From Acidimicrobiia bacterium (GTDB lineage: Bacteria; Actinomycetota; Acidimicrobiia; Acidimicrobiales; Bin134): a stretch of DNA of 64,000 nt. Below are positions 8,341 through 17,409 of the stretch, in pieces (positions within the stretch are counted from its first letter, which is position 1; each line of letters begins with the position of its first letter). A model generated the notes under the pieces. That model was given only the letters and a program-made list of their open reading frames with translations. It did not search any database and was not told the DNA's origin. The DNA is taken from NCBI GenBank assembly GCA_022825005.1, contig JAJDYU010000009.1, positions 20,227-84,226 of the forward strand. The letters run 5' to 3'. The translations under genes were made by a program, and so were the position numbers.

Positions 8341-11300
8341 ATGTCCAACGGCACCAGCAAACCCAGGCGGGCAATGCAGTTGGGCGGAGTATTTGTTGCG
8401 GTCTTCGGGCTCGTGGCCAGCATCACCGCGTTCGCGTCGGCCCAGTCGGGCACCACGCCGGGCGGCAGCGTTGAGATCACCGATGAGTTCTGCATCAACA
8501 GGAGTCTGGGCGGGCCCATCACCTATGCCCACGACAGTTCTAATCCGAAGGACGGTATTGCCGACGTCTGCTCGCTGCCCCGCACCAAACGGGCTGCCGC
8601 CGCCCGCCAGCAGGCCATGGAGCGCATGGCCAGTGAGCTGGCACTGCTGTTCGGCCATTTGTTCGCTCAAGAATGCCTCACGGTTGCGGAGTCGTTCGAT
8701 GAGCCCGCGGCGGAGAGGGACGACGAGTGTGCCGCTCCTCGACTGGCCGAAGCGCGGGGAGCCAACATCCCTCCCGTACCCGCCTCCACGCAGCCGGAGA
8801 TCAGGCTCGACGACCGGTCTTACTCCGGACCGGTAATCACCAGCCCCTCTTTCTGCATCAACAAGAGCTTCGGCGGTCCCATCACCTATCCCCATGACGT
8901 GAACGGCGACGACATATACGACATCTGCTCGCTGCCCCGCACCCGCCGGGCCGCCGTGGCCCGCCAGAACGCGCTGGAGCGCATGGCCGTGGACCTGAAG
9001 CCCCGCTTCGACGTGGTGTTTGCCGAAGAGTGCCTGCGTGTTCCCGAAACCCTGGGCGAGCCCCGAGCCGAGGCCGAAGACGAGTGCGCCGTACACCGCG
9101 CCGGCGGCACCCCGCTCCCCAACCCCGATGACCCAACGTCACCAGATCCGGGCACAGATCCCGGCACAGGGACACCAGACGACGGCTCGCAACTGCCCTA
9201 CGTCCCGGCCCCAGAGCGGCCCTCCGCCACTGCGGCGCCCACTTACCACGCCCGTGCGGCCCAGAATGTGGCCCTCGATCCTGGCAATCAGCAGATCGCG
9301 GTCGACTGGGATGCACCAAGAGAAGACGCTGGCACTGTGTTCAAGTACATCGTGCAATGGCGGGCGAGTGGCCAGAACTGGTCGACAACTAATCAGGCCG
9401 AAACTGGAATTGCAACCAATGACACTGAACACATCATTACTGGCCTGACAAACTTCACCACCTACCAGATTCGGATTCTGGCCCAGCGCGGTACGAACGA
9501 CCGCTACACCCCCACGCTCTCGGCCACGCCGGGATGGTCGGCGCCACCGACATGGCCGGCCCGACCGCTGACCAACCCCGATTACGGACGAGTCATTGCG
9601 GATTGGGAGGATCCCCCTGGAACCGCCGCACTTACCATTAACCACTACATAGTCCAGTGGGACACCAATCCCCGCTTCGCTGACAACAACAACCCGTTCC
9701 CGCGGGATTGCGTGCGTGATACGACTTGCAATGAAATCCAGACCAGTGGGAATGGCACCACTTACACCATCAATGGGCTTACCAACGGCACCTACTACGT
9801 AAGGGTTCAGGGCGTTACCAGCAACGGTCCCGGCGTTTGGTCGACCACCCAGCGAATCACCCTGGCCAGCACCCGGCTCGACCCCGGACAGCCCACCGGG
9901 GTGATGCTCGTGACAGCGGGGACGAATTTCAACCAACTCACCGTGACATGGACTGCCCCGGCGACAACGTCGGCTGATCCGGCGCCAACCGACTACTTGG
10001 TGCAATGGCGCAACCTCACAACCCGGGAAGCCTGGTCGTCGACCGACCGACAGCAAAAGATCGAAGGGACATACACGACCCAAGGCCAGCAGGTGACCAT
10101 CACCACTGCTCCATTGGCCACATACACCATCAATTCCCTCGTCCCTCGTCACGAATACGAAGTCCGAGTCCAGGCCATCAACGTCGACACGCCCGGCCTG
10201 TGGTCTCAGGCGGTCAGACACGTCGTGGCCAAGGCTCAGCCTCCCACCGCCATCACTGTGGACCCGGGCGATGGCCAACTCACAGTTAGCTGGACCGCGC
10301 CAACTGGCGTTCCTACCGTGACCAGTTACTTCCTGCAATGGGCCACCAGTTGCAGCAACTCGGCGTTCTCCACCACCCGCCAGCGCACTGTCCAATCAGC
10401 CACGACAGACACGATCCCCAACCTCACCAACAACCAGCGGTATTACATCAGGATTCAGTCGATCAACAGCCGGGGCTCAAGCGACTGGTCGTCGTGCGCC
10501 ATCGGCGAGCCGGGCACTTTGGACGCACCCACCATCACCGGGATAGTTGATTCCGATACCAATCCCAAGGCGCTCACCGTAACGTGGACCTACGTCCGAG
10601 CCACTGGTAGTGACGATGCAAGCAAGCCTCACCTAACCGGATTCAAGATCCGGTCTCGTCGGGCTGGGTCCAACTGGAGTTCGCCGATACCCGTAGCCTT
10701 GACAGCTAAGACCGTCTCCACCTGCAACCACCAAACTTTGGACGAAACCTGCACCTACACCTACACCTACAGCAACTTGCTGACTGGCGTTTCACACGAC
10801 TTCCAAGTGCTGGCCCGAAACTCGTGGGGTGACGGGGCATGGTCGACGCTTACCTCTGGCACAACCGACGACATTCCGGGTGAGCGGTTCATTCCAACAA
10901 TCTCCAGCGTCGATGAGGACGCAAACAACATCCGATCGCTTGTTGTGAATTGGAGCGCTCCCAGTGTTGGAACAACGGACATAGCTGGGTACCGAGTGCA
11001 GTACCGACGCGCAGGCACCGCGAACTGGTCAACCAGCGCAAACCCGGCAGCCGACGCTACCTCCCACACCATCACCGGACTGAGCACCGGGGTCAGCTAT
11101 GAAGTTCGGGTGGTTGCCCGCACCACCTTCGGCGACGGGCCAGGTTCTACGGCCAGCACCGCCACCCCAGGCCTGGGCTTCATTCCGACGATTGGTTCCA
11201 TTGGGCCGGGGACCAACGGCTTGCAGGTCAGCTGGACAGACGTCACTAGCTACACAGGAAACAACAACACGATCACCTACACCGTGCAATACCGCACCTG

Positions 11301-11541
11301 TGCTACTGCGGTGTCGAATTGCGGGGGCTGGACGAATGCAACGACTACCGCCACCGGCACACCGCATACCATCCCAGTAGAGAGACTGCGGCACAACACG
11401 TATTACGAGGCTCGGGTACGGGCCCACGGCACTACGAGTGGCGGTCACGGCCTCTATTCGGATGAGTCTTCGAGGTACCTCGTTCTGATCTCCGATCCAA
11501 ACAACACGCCGAATGACAGGACCGACGACACGGTGGGCTAG
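8341..11541 (+). CDS. secreted multidomain protein: signal peptide, 2x unknown 4-Cys module, Pro-rich linker, 7x fibronectin type III
   Basis: GGAGGG lies 4 nt before ATG 8341. Signal peptide ...VASITAFASA/QS. Duplicated module FCIN[RK]S[LF]GGPITY-x-HD...D[VI]CSLPRT[KR]RAA...ERMA...ECL...DDEC (aa ~45-131 and ~165-250). Seven FN3-like units with W-x-AP...Y-x-[VI]-[QR]-[WY]R...Y-x-[IV]R[VI]. Confidence 0.75.
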   Translation: MSNGTSKPRRAMQLGGVFVAVFGLVASITAFASAQSGTTPGGSVEITDEFCINRSLGGPITYAHDSSNPKDGIADVCSLPRTKRAAAARQQAMERMASELALLFGHLFAQECLTVAESFDEPAAERDDECAAPRLAEARGANIPPVPASTQPEIRLDDRSYSGPVITSPSFCINKSFGGPITYPHDVNGDDIYDICSLPRTRRAAVARQNALERMAVDLKPRFDVVFAEECLRVPETLGEPRAEAEDECAVHRAGGTPLPNPDDPTSPDPGTDPGTGTPDDGSQLPYVPAPERPSATAAPTYHARAAQNVALDPGNQQIAVDWDAPREDAGTVFKYIVQWRASGQNWSTTNQAETGIATNDTEHIITGLTNFTTYQIRILAQRGTNDRYTPTLSATPGWSAPPTWPARPLTNPDYGRVIADWEDPPGTAALTINHYIVQWDTNPRFADNNNPFPRDCVRDTTCNEIQTSGNGTTYTINGLTNGTYYVRVQGVTSNGPGVWSTTQRITLASTRLDPGQPTGVMLVTAGTNFNQLTVTWTAPATTSADPAPTDYLVQWRNLTTREAWSSTDRQQKIEGTYTTQGQQVTITTAPLATYTINSLVPRHEYEVRVQAINVDTPGLWSQAVRHVVAKAQPPTAITVDPGDGQLTVSWTAPTGVPTVTSYFLQWATSCSNSAFSTTRQRTVQSATTDTIPNLTNNQRYYIRIQSINSRGSSDWSSCAIGEPGTLDAPTITGIVDSDTNPKALTVTWTYVRATGSDDASKPHLTGFKIRSRRAGSNWSSPIPVALTAKTVSTCNHQTLDETCTYTYTYSNLLTGVSHDFQVLARNSWGDGAWSTLTSGTTDDIPGERFIPTISSVDEDANNIRSLVVNWSAPSVGTTDIAGYRVQYRRAGTANWSTSANPAADATSHTITGLSTGVSYEVRVVARTTFGDGPGSTASTATPGLGFIPTIGSIGPGTNGLQVSWTDVTSYTGNNNTITYTVQYRTCATAVSNCGGWTNATTTATGTPHTIPVERLRHNTYYEARVRAHGTTSGGHGLYSDESSRYLVLISDPNNTPNDRTDDTVG

Positions 11542-11562
11542 CCCCAGCAGCTCAATGCCGAA

Positions 11563-11603
11563 GCGGGCCCGCCCCACCATGGCGGCGGGTCCGCTGAGTT
11601 TTA
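11563..11603. terminator. hairpin between convergent genes (possible bidirectional terminator)
   Basis: GCGGGCCCGCC (11563-11573) pairs with GGCGGGTCCGC (11584-11594). One of the 11 pairs is a G-U wobble in the + strand RNA. TGAGTTTTA follows. Confidence 0.45.
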
Positions 11604-11843
11604 CTCTCGGGGATCGTCGATACTGACGGCGCTTACCTCGGTGATGCGGGTGGTGACCATGTCGAGGGCGATTTGCTCTAGGAACTCTTTGGGCATGACG
11701 CACTCGCGGCATTCGGCGCCTTCGAGGATGAGCCGCAACGCCACGGTGCCGCCGGTGGCTGAGACCAATTCCACGTCGCCGCCGTCTAGGGCTACTAGAG
11801 CCCTCAGTTCGCCGACGGCCTCGTCTAACAGCGCTTGATCCAT
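11601..11843 (-). CDS. NifU C-terminal (Nfu-like) domain protein
   Basis: 80 aa. LRALVALDGGDVELVSATGGTVALRLILEGAECRECV resembles the Nfu/NifU C-terminal domain with its CxxC. Confidence 0.55.
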   Translation of the reverse strand: MDQALLDEAVGELRALVALDGGDVELVSATGGTVALRLILEGAECRECVMPKEFLEQIALDMVTTRITEVSAVSIDDPRE

Positions 11844-11854
11844 CTCGATTGCTC

Positions 11855-12658
11855 CTAGCGGGTGTCTTGGCCGAGGTTTGGCGGGCGGGTTCTAGACAGG
11901 AAGGCACCGGCGTCGGCCAGAATTAGTTGGCCGGTGGTGCAGCGGGCCAGGTCGGAGGCCAGGTATACCGACAGGCGGCCTAATTCTTCGGGCAGGGTTT
12001 CCCGGCGCAGGGGGGTGGCGGCCACGATGGCTTGGTAGTGCTCGGGCGGGAATGCCTCCCTGATCAATTCAGTGGGGGTGGTGCCGGGGGCGATGGCGTT
12101 GACCCGGATGTTGTGGGGGCCGAGCTCCACCGCCATCGACCACGTGAGGTGGTTGATGGCCGCTTTGGCCGCGGCGTAGCTCGACATCATGGGCGACGGA
12201 CGGGTGGTCTCTCCCGAGCTGACGTTGATGATCACCCCGCCACCCTGCTCCATCATCACCAGGGCCTCAGCTCGCCCGCACAATGCGGTCAGCACCAGAT
12301 TCTGGTCTACAAGATCCCGCCAGAACTCTCCGTCCATATCCACAAACCGAGTTGGGGATCGCCCCGCCATCATCCCTACGTTGTTGACGGCAATGTCCAG
12401 GCTTCCGCCCCAAGCCACTGCATCTGCCACCAGGGCCTCGATGGCGGCGTCGTCGCGCAAGTCAGCCGCGAATGCCGCGGCAGTGCCCCCCTCCTCGGCA
12501 ATGAGGGCCACGGTTTCCTCGGCAGTCGTGGGGTGGAGGTCGTTTACCGCCACCGATGCGCCGGCCCGACCCATCCACCGGGCGATCTCGCGGCCTATGC
12601 CTGCCCCCGCTCCGGTGACTAGCGCCACCTTGCCGGAGTGGTCGATCTCGACGCTCAT
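11855..12658 (-). CDS. short-chain dehydrogenase/reductase (SDR)
   Basis: TGAGAGIGREIA cofactor motif and the YAAAKAA (YxxxK) catalytic motif. Confidence 0.85.
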   Translation of the reverse strand: MSVEIDHSGKVALVTGAGAGIGREIARWMGRAGASVAVNDLHPTTAEETVALIAEEGGTAAAFAADLRDDAAIEALVADAVAWGGSLDIAVNNVGMMAGRSPTRFVDMDGEFWRDLVDQNLVLTALCGRAEALVMMEQGGGVIINVSSGETTRPSPMMSSYAAAKAAINHLTWSMAVELGPHNIRVNAIAPGTTPTELIREAFPPEHYQAIVAATPLRRETLPEELGRLSVYLASDLARCTTGQLILADAGAFLSRTRPPNLGQDTR

Positions 12659-12671
12659 CCCCCCGCTACTT

Positions 12672-13739
12672 CTAGCCGTGTCGGAGGCCCACGCGCACCG
12701 CGTCGTGATCGGCGGTGCGCTGGAGCAGGGCCATGGCCTGGTCGATCTGATCGAGGCCGAACACCTCGCCCAAAAGCGGCCCGGTGGGGAACTCCCCGCT
12801 GTTCAAGATGTCCACTGCTTCTTTCATCGATTTCGGAGTGGAGCCGCTTCCCCCTTGAACCGTCAGCCCCTTGAGCACGATCAGGTCGGTGATCAGCTCC
12901 ACCGGCGCCAAGTTCTTCAATCCGGCAAGCTGCACCCTGCCCCCTTGGCGGACCAGGCTCAGGCATAGGGGCACGGTGACGGTGGTATCGGCCAGATCTA
13001 CGGCCATGTCGGCCATGGCCCCACCGGTGATCTCGCCCACAAACTCCACCAGGTCGGTAGCGGTGACGTTAACCGTCACATCGGCGCCCACCTCGCGGGC
13101 CACCTCCAGGCGCAGGGCATCGGCATCGGTGCCGGTCACGATCACCGTCTCCGCCCCCCGGCGCTTGGCCTCCGCGGCGTACACCAGCCCCATGTGGCCC
13201 GGACCCTGCACCACCACGGTCTCGCCCTCGCCCACCGGCATCCGGCTGAGCCAGTTGCACACATTGGCCAGCGGCTCGAACAGGGTCAGCTCGGCGGCAT
13301 CGATGTTGTCGGTCAGCTTCACCAGATGGGTGTTGGGCAACACGCCCATGTACTCCCCGTAGCCGCCCCACAGCCCGTGACCGTCTTCTAGGCCCATCGT
13401 GTATCCGTACACCTCGCCCAGGCCAAACGGGTTGTTCTCCGACACGGGGGCCCGCACAACCAGATCCACCGCCACCCGGTCGCCCACCGCCACGCCTAGA
13501 TTGGCGTCGTCGGCCAGGGAATGCACCCGTCCGACGATCTCATGGCCGGGCACCAGCGGCGACTTCTCTCCGGGGACGTGCTTGTGGCCGTGAAGCTGGG
13601 CCACGTCGCTGCCGCACATGCCCACGGCCTCCACCTTGAGCACCCCGCCACCAGAAGGTGGCTCGGGCACCGGGAAGTCGTCCCTCAGTTGGAAGGTGCC
13701 GTCGCCGTTGAAGACCACGCCCCGACAAGTTCTGCTCAT
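12672..13739 (-). CDS. zinc-dependent alcohol dehydrogenase (MDR family)
   Basis: GMCGSDVAQLHG...PGHEIVGRV zinc-ligand region and a GPGHMGL Rossmann motif. Confidence 0.85.
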   Translation of the reverse strand: MSRTCRGVVFNGDGTFQLRDDFPVPEPPSGGGVLKVEAVGMCGSDVAQLHGHKHVPGEKSPLVPGHEIVGRVHSLADDANLGVAVGDRVAVDLVVRAPVSENNPFGLGEVYGYTMGLEDGHGLWGGYGEYMGVLPNTHLVKLTDNIDAAELTLFEPLANVCNWLSRMPVGEGETVVVQGPGHMGLVYAAEAKRRGAETVIVTGTDADALRLEVAREVGADVTVNVTATDLVEFVGEITGGAMADMAVDLADTTVTVPLCLSLVRQGGRVQLAGLKNLAPVELITDLIVLKGLTVQGGSGSTPKSMKEAVDILNSGEFPTGPLLGEVFGLDQIDQAMALLQRTADHDAVRVGLRHG

Positions 13740-13776
13740 GATCGCGGTCTCCTCTCGGGGCTTTAGGTCAGCCGGT

Positions 13777-14979
13777 TCAGCTGATCCCGCTCTTCTCCAG
13801 GATGTGGACGCCGCAGCTCGAGCCGAGGCCGATCACGTGGGCCAAGCCCACGTTGGCCCCCTCGATCTGGCGGTCGCCGGCCTCGCCCCGCAGATGGGTG
13901 GTCACTTCATACACATTGGCCACGCCGGTGGCGCCGATGGGATGGCCCTTGGAGATGAGTCCGCCCGACACGTTCACCGGGGTGTCGCCGTCGCGCCATG
14001 GGGCGCCCCGGTCGATGAAGTCGCCCGCGCCGCCCGGCTCGCACAGCCCCAGGTTGTCGTAGTGGATGAGCTCGGCGGTGGCGAAGCAGTCGTGCAGTTC
14101 CACCAGGCTGAGGTCTTCGGGGCCCACTCCGGCCTGCTCGTAGGCGGCCTGGGCCGCGTTGCGGGTGAGGGTGTTCACGTCGGGCTGCATGGCGCCGGAT
14201 TCCACGTAGGGATCGGTGGTGAGCACCGAGGCGGAGATCTTCACCGCCCGGGCCTGCTGCTCGGGGCTGAGGGAGGCGAATCGCTCCTCGCCCACCAGCA
14301 CGCAGGCGGCCGCGCCGTCGCCGGTGGGGCAGCACATCAACAGCGTGTTGGGGTAGCTCTGCATGGGCGAGCCCATCACCTCTTCCAGGCTGAACTCCTT
14401 TTGGTATTGGGCCAGGGGGTTCAGCGTGGAGTGGGCGTGGTTCTTCTGGGCCACCTTGGCGAACTGCTCGAAGCCCACCCCGTCGTTGTCGTTGGCGTAC
14501 TCCATGCCCGCCTGGGCGAACACGCCGGGCATGGTGTCGGTGCCCAAGATTCCGTCGATGGGCATCACCGCGCCATAGCGGCCCGAGGGCTCGTACACGT
14601 TCTTCTCTTTGCGGGCGCCGCCGGCCAGAAGCCCCATCTTGCCCATCTGCTCCACGCCGATGGCCAGGCCCATGTCGGCCTCTCCGGCCCGGATGGCCAT
14701 GATCACGGTGCGCAGGGCGGTGGCCCCGGTGGCACACGCGTTGGACACGTTGTACACCGGAATGCCGGTTTGGCCGATCTGCTTTTGCACCTGCTGGCCC
14801 ATGCCGGCGTTGGCCTGGAACAGGGTCCCGCACGACAGGAGGTCCATGTCGGTGATGGTCACCCCGCCGTCGTCGAGCGCGCCCAGGGCGGCCGCGGCGG
14901 CCAAGTCCACCGCATCCTGGTCGGGGTAGCGGCCGAACGCCGTCATGTGCGTTCCCAGAACCCAGATGTCTTGTGCCAT
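13777..14979 (-). CDS. thiolase-like protein (SCP-x / lipid-transfer-protein type)
   Basis: NACATGATALR active-site Cys region and C-terminal SKGHPIGATG. Followed by a DUF35 partner gene. Confidence 0.85.
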   Translation of the reverse strand: MAQDIWVLGTHMTAFGRYPDQDAVDLAAAAALGALDDGGVTITDMDLLSCGTLFQANAGMGQQVQKQIGQTGIPVYNVSNACATGATALRTVIMAIRAGEADMGLAIGVEQMGKMGLLAGGARKEKNVYEPSGRYGAVMPIDGILGTDTMPGVFAQAGMEYANDNDGVGFEQFAKVAQKNHAHSTLNPLAQYQKEFSLEEVMGSPMQSYPNTLLMCCPTGDGAAACVLVGEERFASLSPEQQARAVKISASVLTTDPYVESGAMQPDVNTLTRNAAQAAYEQAGVGPEDLSLVELHDCFATAELIHYDNLGLCEPGGAGDFIDRGAPWRDGDTPVNVSGGLISKGHPIGATGVANVYEVTTHLRGEAGDRQIEGANVGLAHVIGLGSSCGVHILEKSGIS

Positions 14980-15011
14980 TGTCGGCCTCCTGTTGAGCTA
15001 TTGAGTTGCTG

Positions 15012-15401
15012 TCATACCGGGGCGTAGCCGAAGGCAACAGCCTCTTGGCCGTCGTCGTCGGTGCCCACGACATAGGTGTCGAGCTTGACCTTCATGCCGA
15101 GCGTGATCTTGGAGGGATCGGGCTCGATGTTGATGAGATTGGAGCGAACCGAGGTGCCGTCGTCGGTGAGCACGATGGCCGAGACGTAGGGCGTGGGGAT
15201 GGTGGGGGCGGCCCGGTAGACGATGCTGAAGGTGCGCAGCGTGCCGGTGTCGCTCACCCGCACCGGTTTGAACTCTCGGTGGCCGCAGTGGGCGCAGGCG
15301 TTGCGCCGGCCGAAGAAGCGGGCACCGCAGTTGGTGCACTCATTGGCTTGGAGATGGGGCTCATCGCCCAAAACGAGATAGTCCACGAGTGGGATTTGCA
15401 C
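15012..15401 (-). CDS. DUF35 Zn-ribbon/OB-fold protein (thiolase partner)
   Basis: CTNCGARFFGRRNACAHCG zinc ribbon followed by an OB-like C-terminus. Classic pairing with an SCP-x-type thiolase. Confidence 0.8.
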   Translation of the reverse strand: MQIPLVDYLVLGDEPHLQANECTNCGARFFGRRNACAHCGHREFKPVRVSDTGTLRTFSIVYRAAPTIPTPYVSAIVLTDDGTSVRSNLINIEPDPSKITLGMKVKLDTYVVGTDDDGQEAVAFGYAPV

Positions 15402-15479
15402 GACGGGCAGACTACCTCAGCGGCTGTTGTACCGGCCCAACCGCGCCGGGCGGGCGGGTCGGGAATCGGCTCGTGGCGG

Positions 15480-15968
15480 CTATTGGGGAATGTCGAAGCC
15501 CTCGGGGAAGCCGCCGTCCATGTAGGCCGAAGTCTCCACCTTCTTCTTGATGCGGAAGCCGTCGGAGGTCCGGGTGACGGTGTCGTGGTACCAGCCGCCC
15601 ACATAGAACAAGTGCAGCCCCGACCCGCTGGGGTCGAACTTCCCGTCGTCGTTGATGGGCATGCCCATCGGATTGTGGAAGATCGTGGTGCACTCGGCGG
15701 TGTCGCCGTCCCAGCTTCGGATGTAGGTCTTGCCCACCATGTGCTGGGTCATGGGGAAGATGGACAGGGCCATCTGGAGCCAGCCCTTGACGGTGGGATA
15801 GTCGGCGTTGGCGTCGTCCACGCCGGGGGCCGACGAGGAGTAGTCCAGGTGGGCGTCGGGGGTGAACACCGTGTCGAGGAGGTCCCAGTCTTTGTCGTCG
15901 ATGGCGATGGTGTAGCGGACAATGGTGTCCTCAATGGCCAGGCGGTCTACGGGATCAGGCATGCTCAT
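15480..15968 (-). CDS. SnoaL-like / NTF2-like domain protein
   Basis: DRLAIEDTIVRYTIAIDDKDWDLLDTVFTPDAHLDYS is a typical SnoaL_4 N-terminus. Confidence 0.65.
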   Translation of the reverse strand: MSMPDPVDRLAIEDTIVRYTIAIDDKDWDLLDTVFTPDAHLDYSSSAPGVDDANADYPTVKGWLQMALSIFPMTQHMVGKTYIRSWDGDTAECTTIFHNPMGMPINDDGKFDPSGSGLHLFYVGGWYHDTVTRTSDGFRIKKKVETSAYMDGGFPEGFDIPQ

Positions 15969-16561
15969 GGCGGGTCACCGTAGTAGATGATCTCCCCCAA
16001 TGGCCTACGGGGGCGGGCGGCCGATGAACTGGGGCGGTCGTTGGCGGGGTACCCGAGGGCCACGGTTCCGACGATGCGGCGCCCCTCGGGGATGTCGAGG
16101 CCCTCGATCACCGCGGCCTCGTGCTCGAAGGTGCCGAAAAAGCACGATCCCAAACCGGCCGCACTGGCCCCCAACAGCAGGTTCTGCACCGCCATGCCGG
16201 CGTCCACCCACCAATACGGCACGGGCCAGGCGTCGGTGCTCTCCCCCAGGCCGGTTTGGGACTTGTCGGGCTCGGCGTAGCGCCGCACATAGCGGTCGGG
16301 CTCGGTGAGTACCACCACCAGCACGGGAGCGGCCAGAAGACCGGGCCAGGGAAACTCGGCTCGGCGCTCGGGGCTGAGGGTCAGGCGCCAGTAGCGCTCG
16401 GGCTGGGTGACGATGCAGAACTCCACCGCCTGGGTGTTGCCCGCCGACGGCGACCGGCGCGCCTGGTCGAGCAGGTCATCAACGACGCCGTCGGCCAGCG
16501 GATCGGGGAGGAAATTGCGGCACATCGGCCGCCGAAATGGCGCTGAATCGCTCAGAGCCAT
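15965..16561 (-). CDS. nitroreductase family protein
   Basis: RRSPSAGNTQAVEF motif. 198 aa. 4-nt overlap with the downstream gene. Confidence 0.7.
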   Translation of the reverse strand: MALSDSAPFRRPMCRNFLPDPLADGVVDDLLDQARRSPSAGNTQAVEFCIVTQPERYWRLTLSPERRAEFPWPGLLAAPVLVVVLTEPDRYVRRYAEPDKSQTGLGESTDAWPVPYWWVDAGMAVQNLLLGASAAGLGSCFFGTFEHEAAVIEGLDIPEGRRIVGTVALGYPANDRPSSSAARPRRPLGEIIYYGDPP

Positions 16562-16588
16562 CGGTCACCGGGCCAATGGCCAGCTCGC

Positions 16589-17257
16589 TCAGGCGTACTT
16601 GAGGAGGTCTTCGGCCATGATCCAGCCGAATGCGATCATGGTGTCGCCGCCGCCGCGGTCCACCTTTTGGAACAGCGCCTCCACATCGGGGTCGATGCTC
16701 TCGGGCTTCACGGTCTCGTAGTCCATGAGACAGGCCTGGCCGTCGTCGCCCACCACCCGGAAGTCGCGGTCGAGGTATCGGGAGGCGCTGATGCTGAACC
16801 GCTTGGCCAGGCGGCGGCCCCAGGCCCGCTCCTCGCCGGAGGCCTTGTGCCCGGGGCGGGGAACGATGTCGACCAAGGGCTTGAAGGCATCGAACCCGCC
16901 GGCGTTGTCGAACTGGGTGCCCATGAGCACGTCTTCGTCGGGGAAGGCCATCAGCGCCCGGTGAAGCTGAGCCTCGGTCAGCTGGCGGAGGACGGTGCCG
17001 CGCTTGGAGGTGCGGGCCACCGAGGCCAGGCCCACCAGAACGCTCGGCGTCCCGCCGATGCGCTCCAGGGTGGAGAAGGAGAAGCCCCGGAGTTTTCCGT
17101 TTTCCCGAGCGGTGGAGATCAGCACCCACTCCTCGGTCTGCTTGGAGAGCAACCCCACCGAGAACGGGTTGGGGCCGTCAGCACACATGTCGGCCATTTC
17201 GGCCAACTCAGCGTCGGTAACCGCTGTGCAGTCCTTGGTTTCGACGTCGATGGCCAT
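16589..17257 (-). CDS. hypothetical protein (no domain recognised)
   Basis: AAGGAGGG precedes ATG 17257 (MAIDVETKD...). Codon usage resembles its neighbours. No motif I can name. Confidence 0.5.
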   Translation of the reverse strand: MAIDVETKDCTAVTDAELAEMADMCADGPNPFSVGLLSKQTEEWVLISTARENGKLRGFSFSTLERIGGTPSVLVGLASVARTSKRGTVLRQLTEAQLHRALMAFPDEDVLMGTQFDNAGGFDAFKPLVDIVPRPGHKASGEERAWGRRLAKRFSISASRYLDRDFRVVGDDGQACLMDYETVKPESIDPDVEALFQKVDRGGGDTMIAFGWIMAEDLLKYA

Positions 17258-17409
17258 GCGCTGTACGCCCTCCTTGCTGGCTGATCCCCCACAGTTTCCG
17301 CCCGTGGGCACCCCTATAGTCCATCAATCGCCCCGGTAGGCGCGCAAACCCGCAGGATTGCAAGGGTTTTGGGGATCGAACGCCTTCGGCAAAACACCAG
17401 CTAGCGGAG

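Noticed and set aside
13618-15027. 469-aa plus-strand ORF antisense to the thiolase and ADH genes
   Set aside because: Antisense shadow ORF with Gly/His/Ala-rich low-complexity sequence and no motifs.
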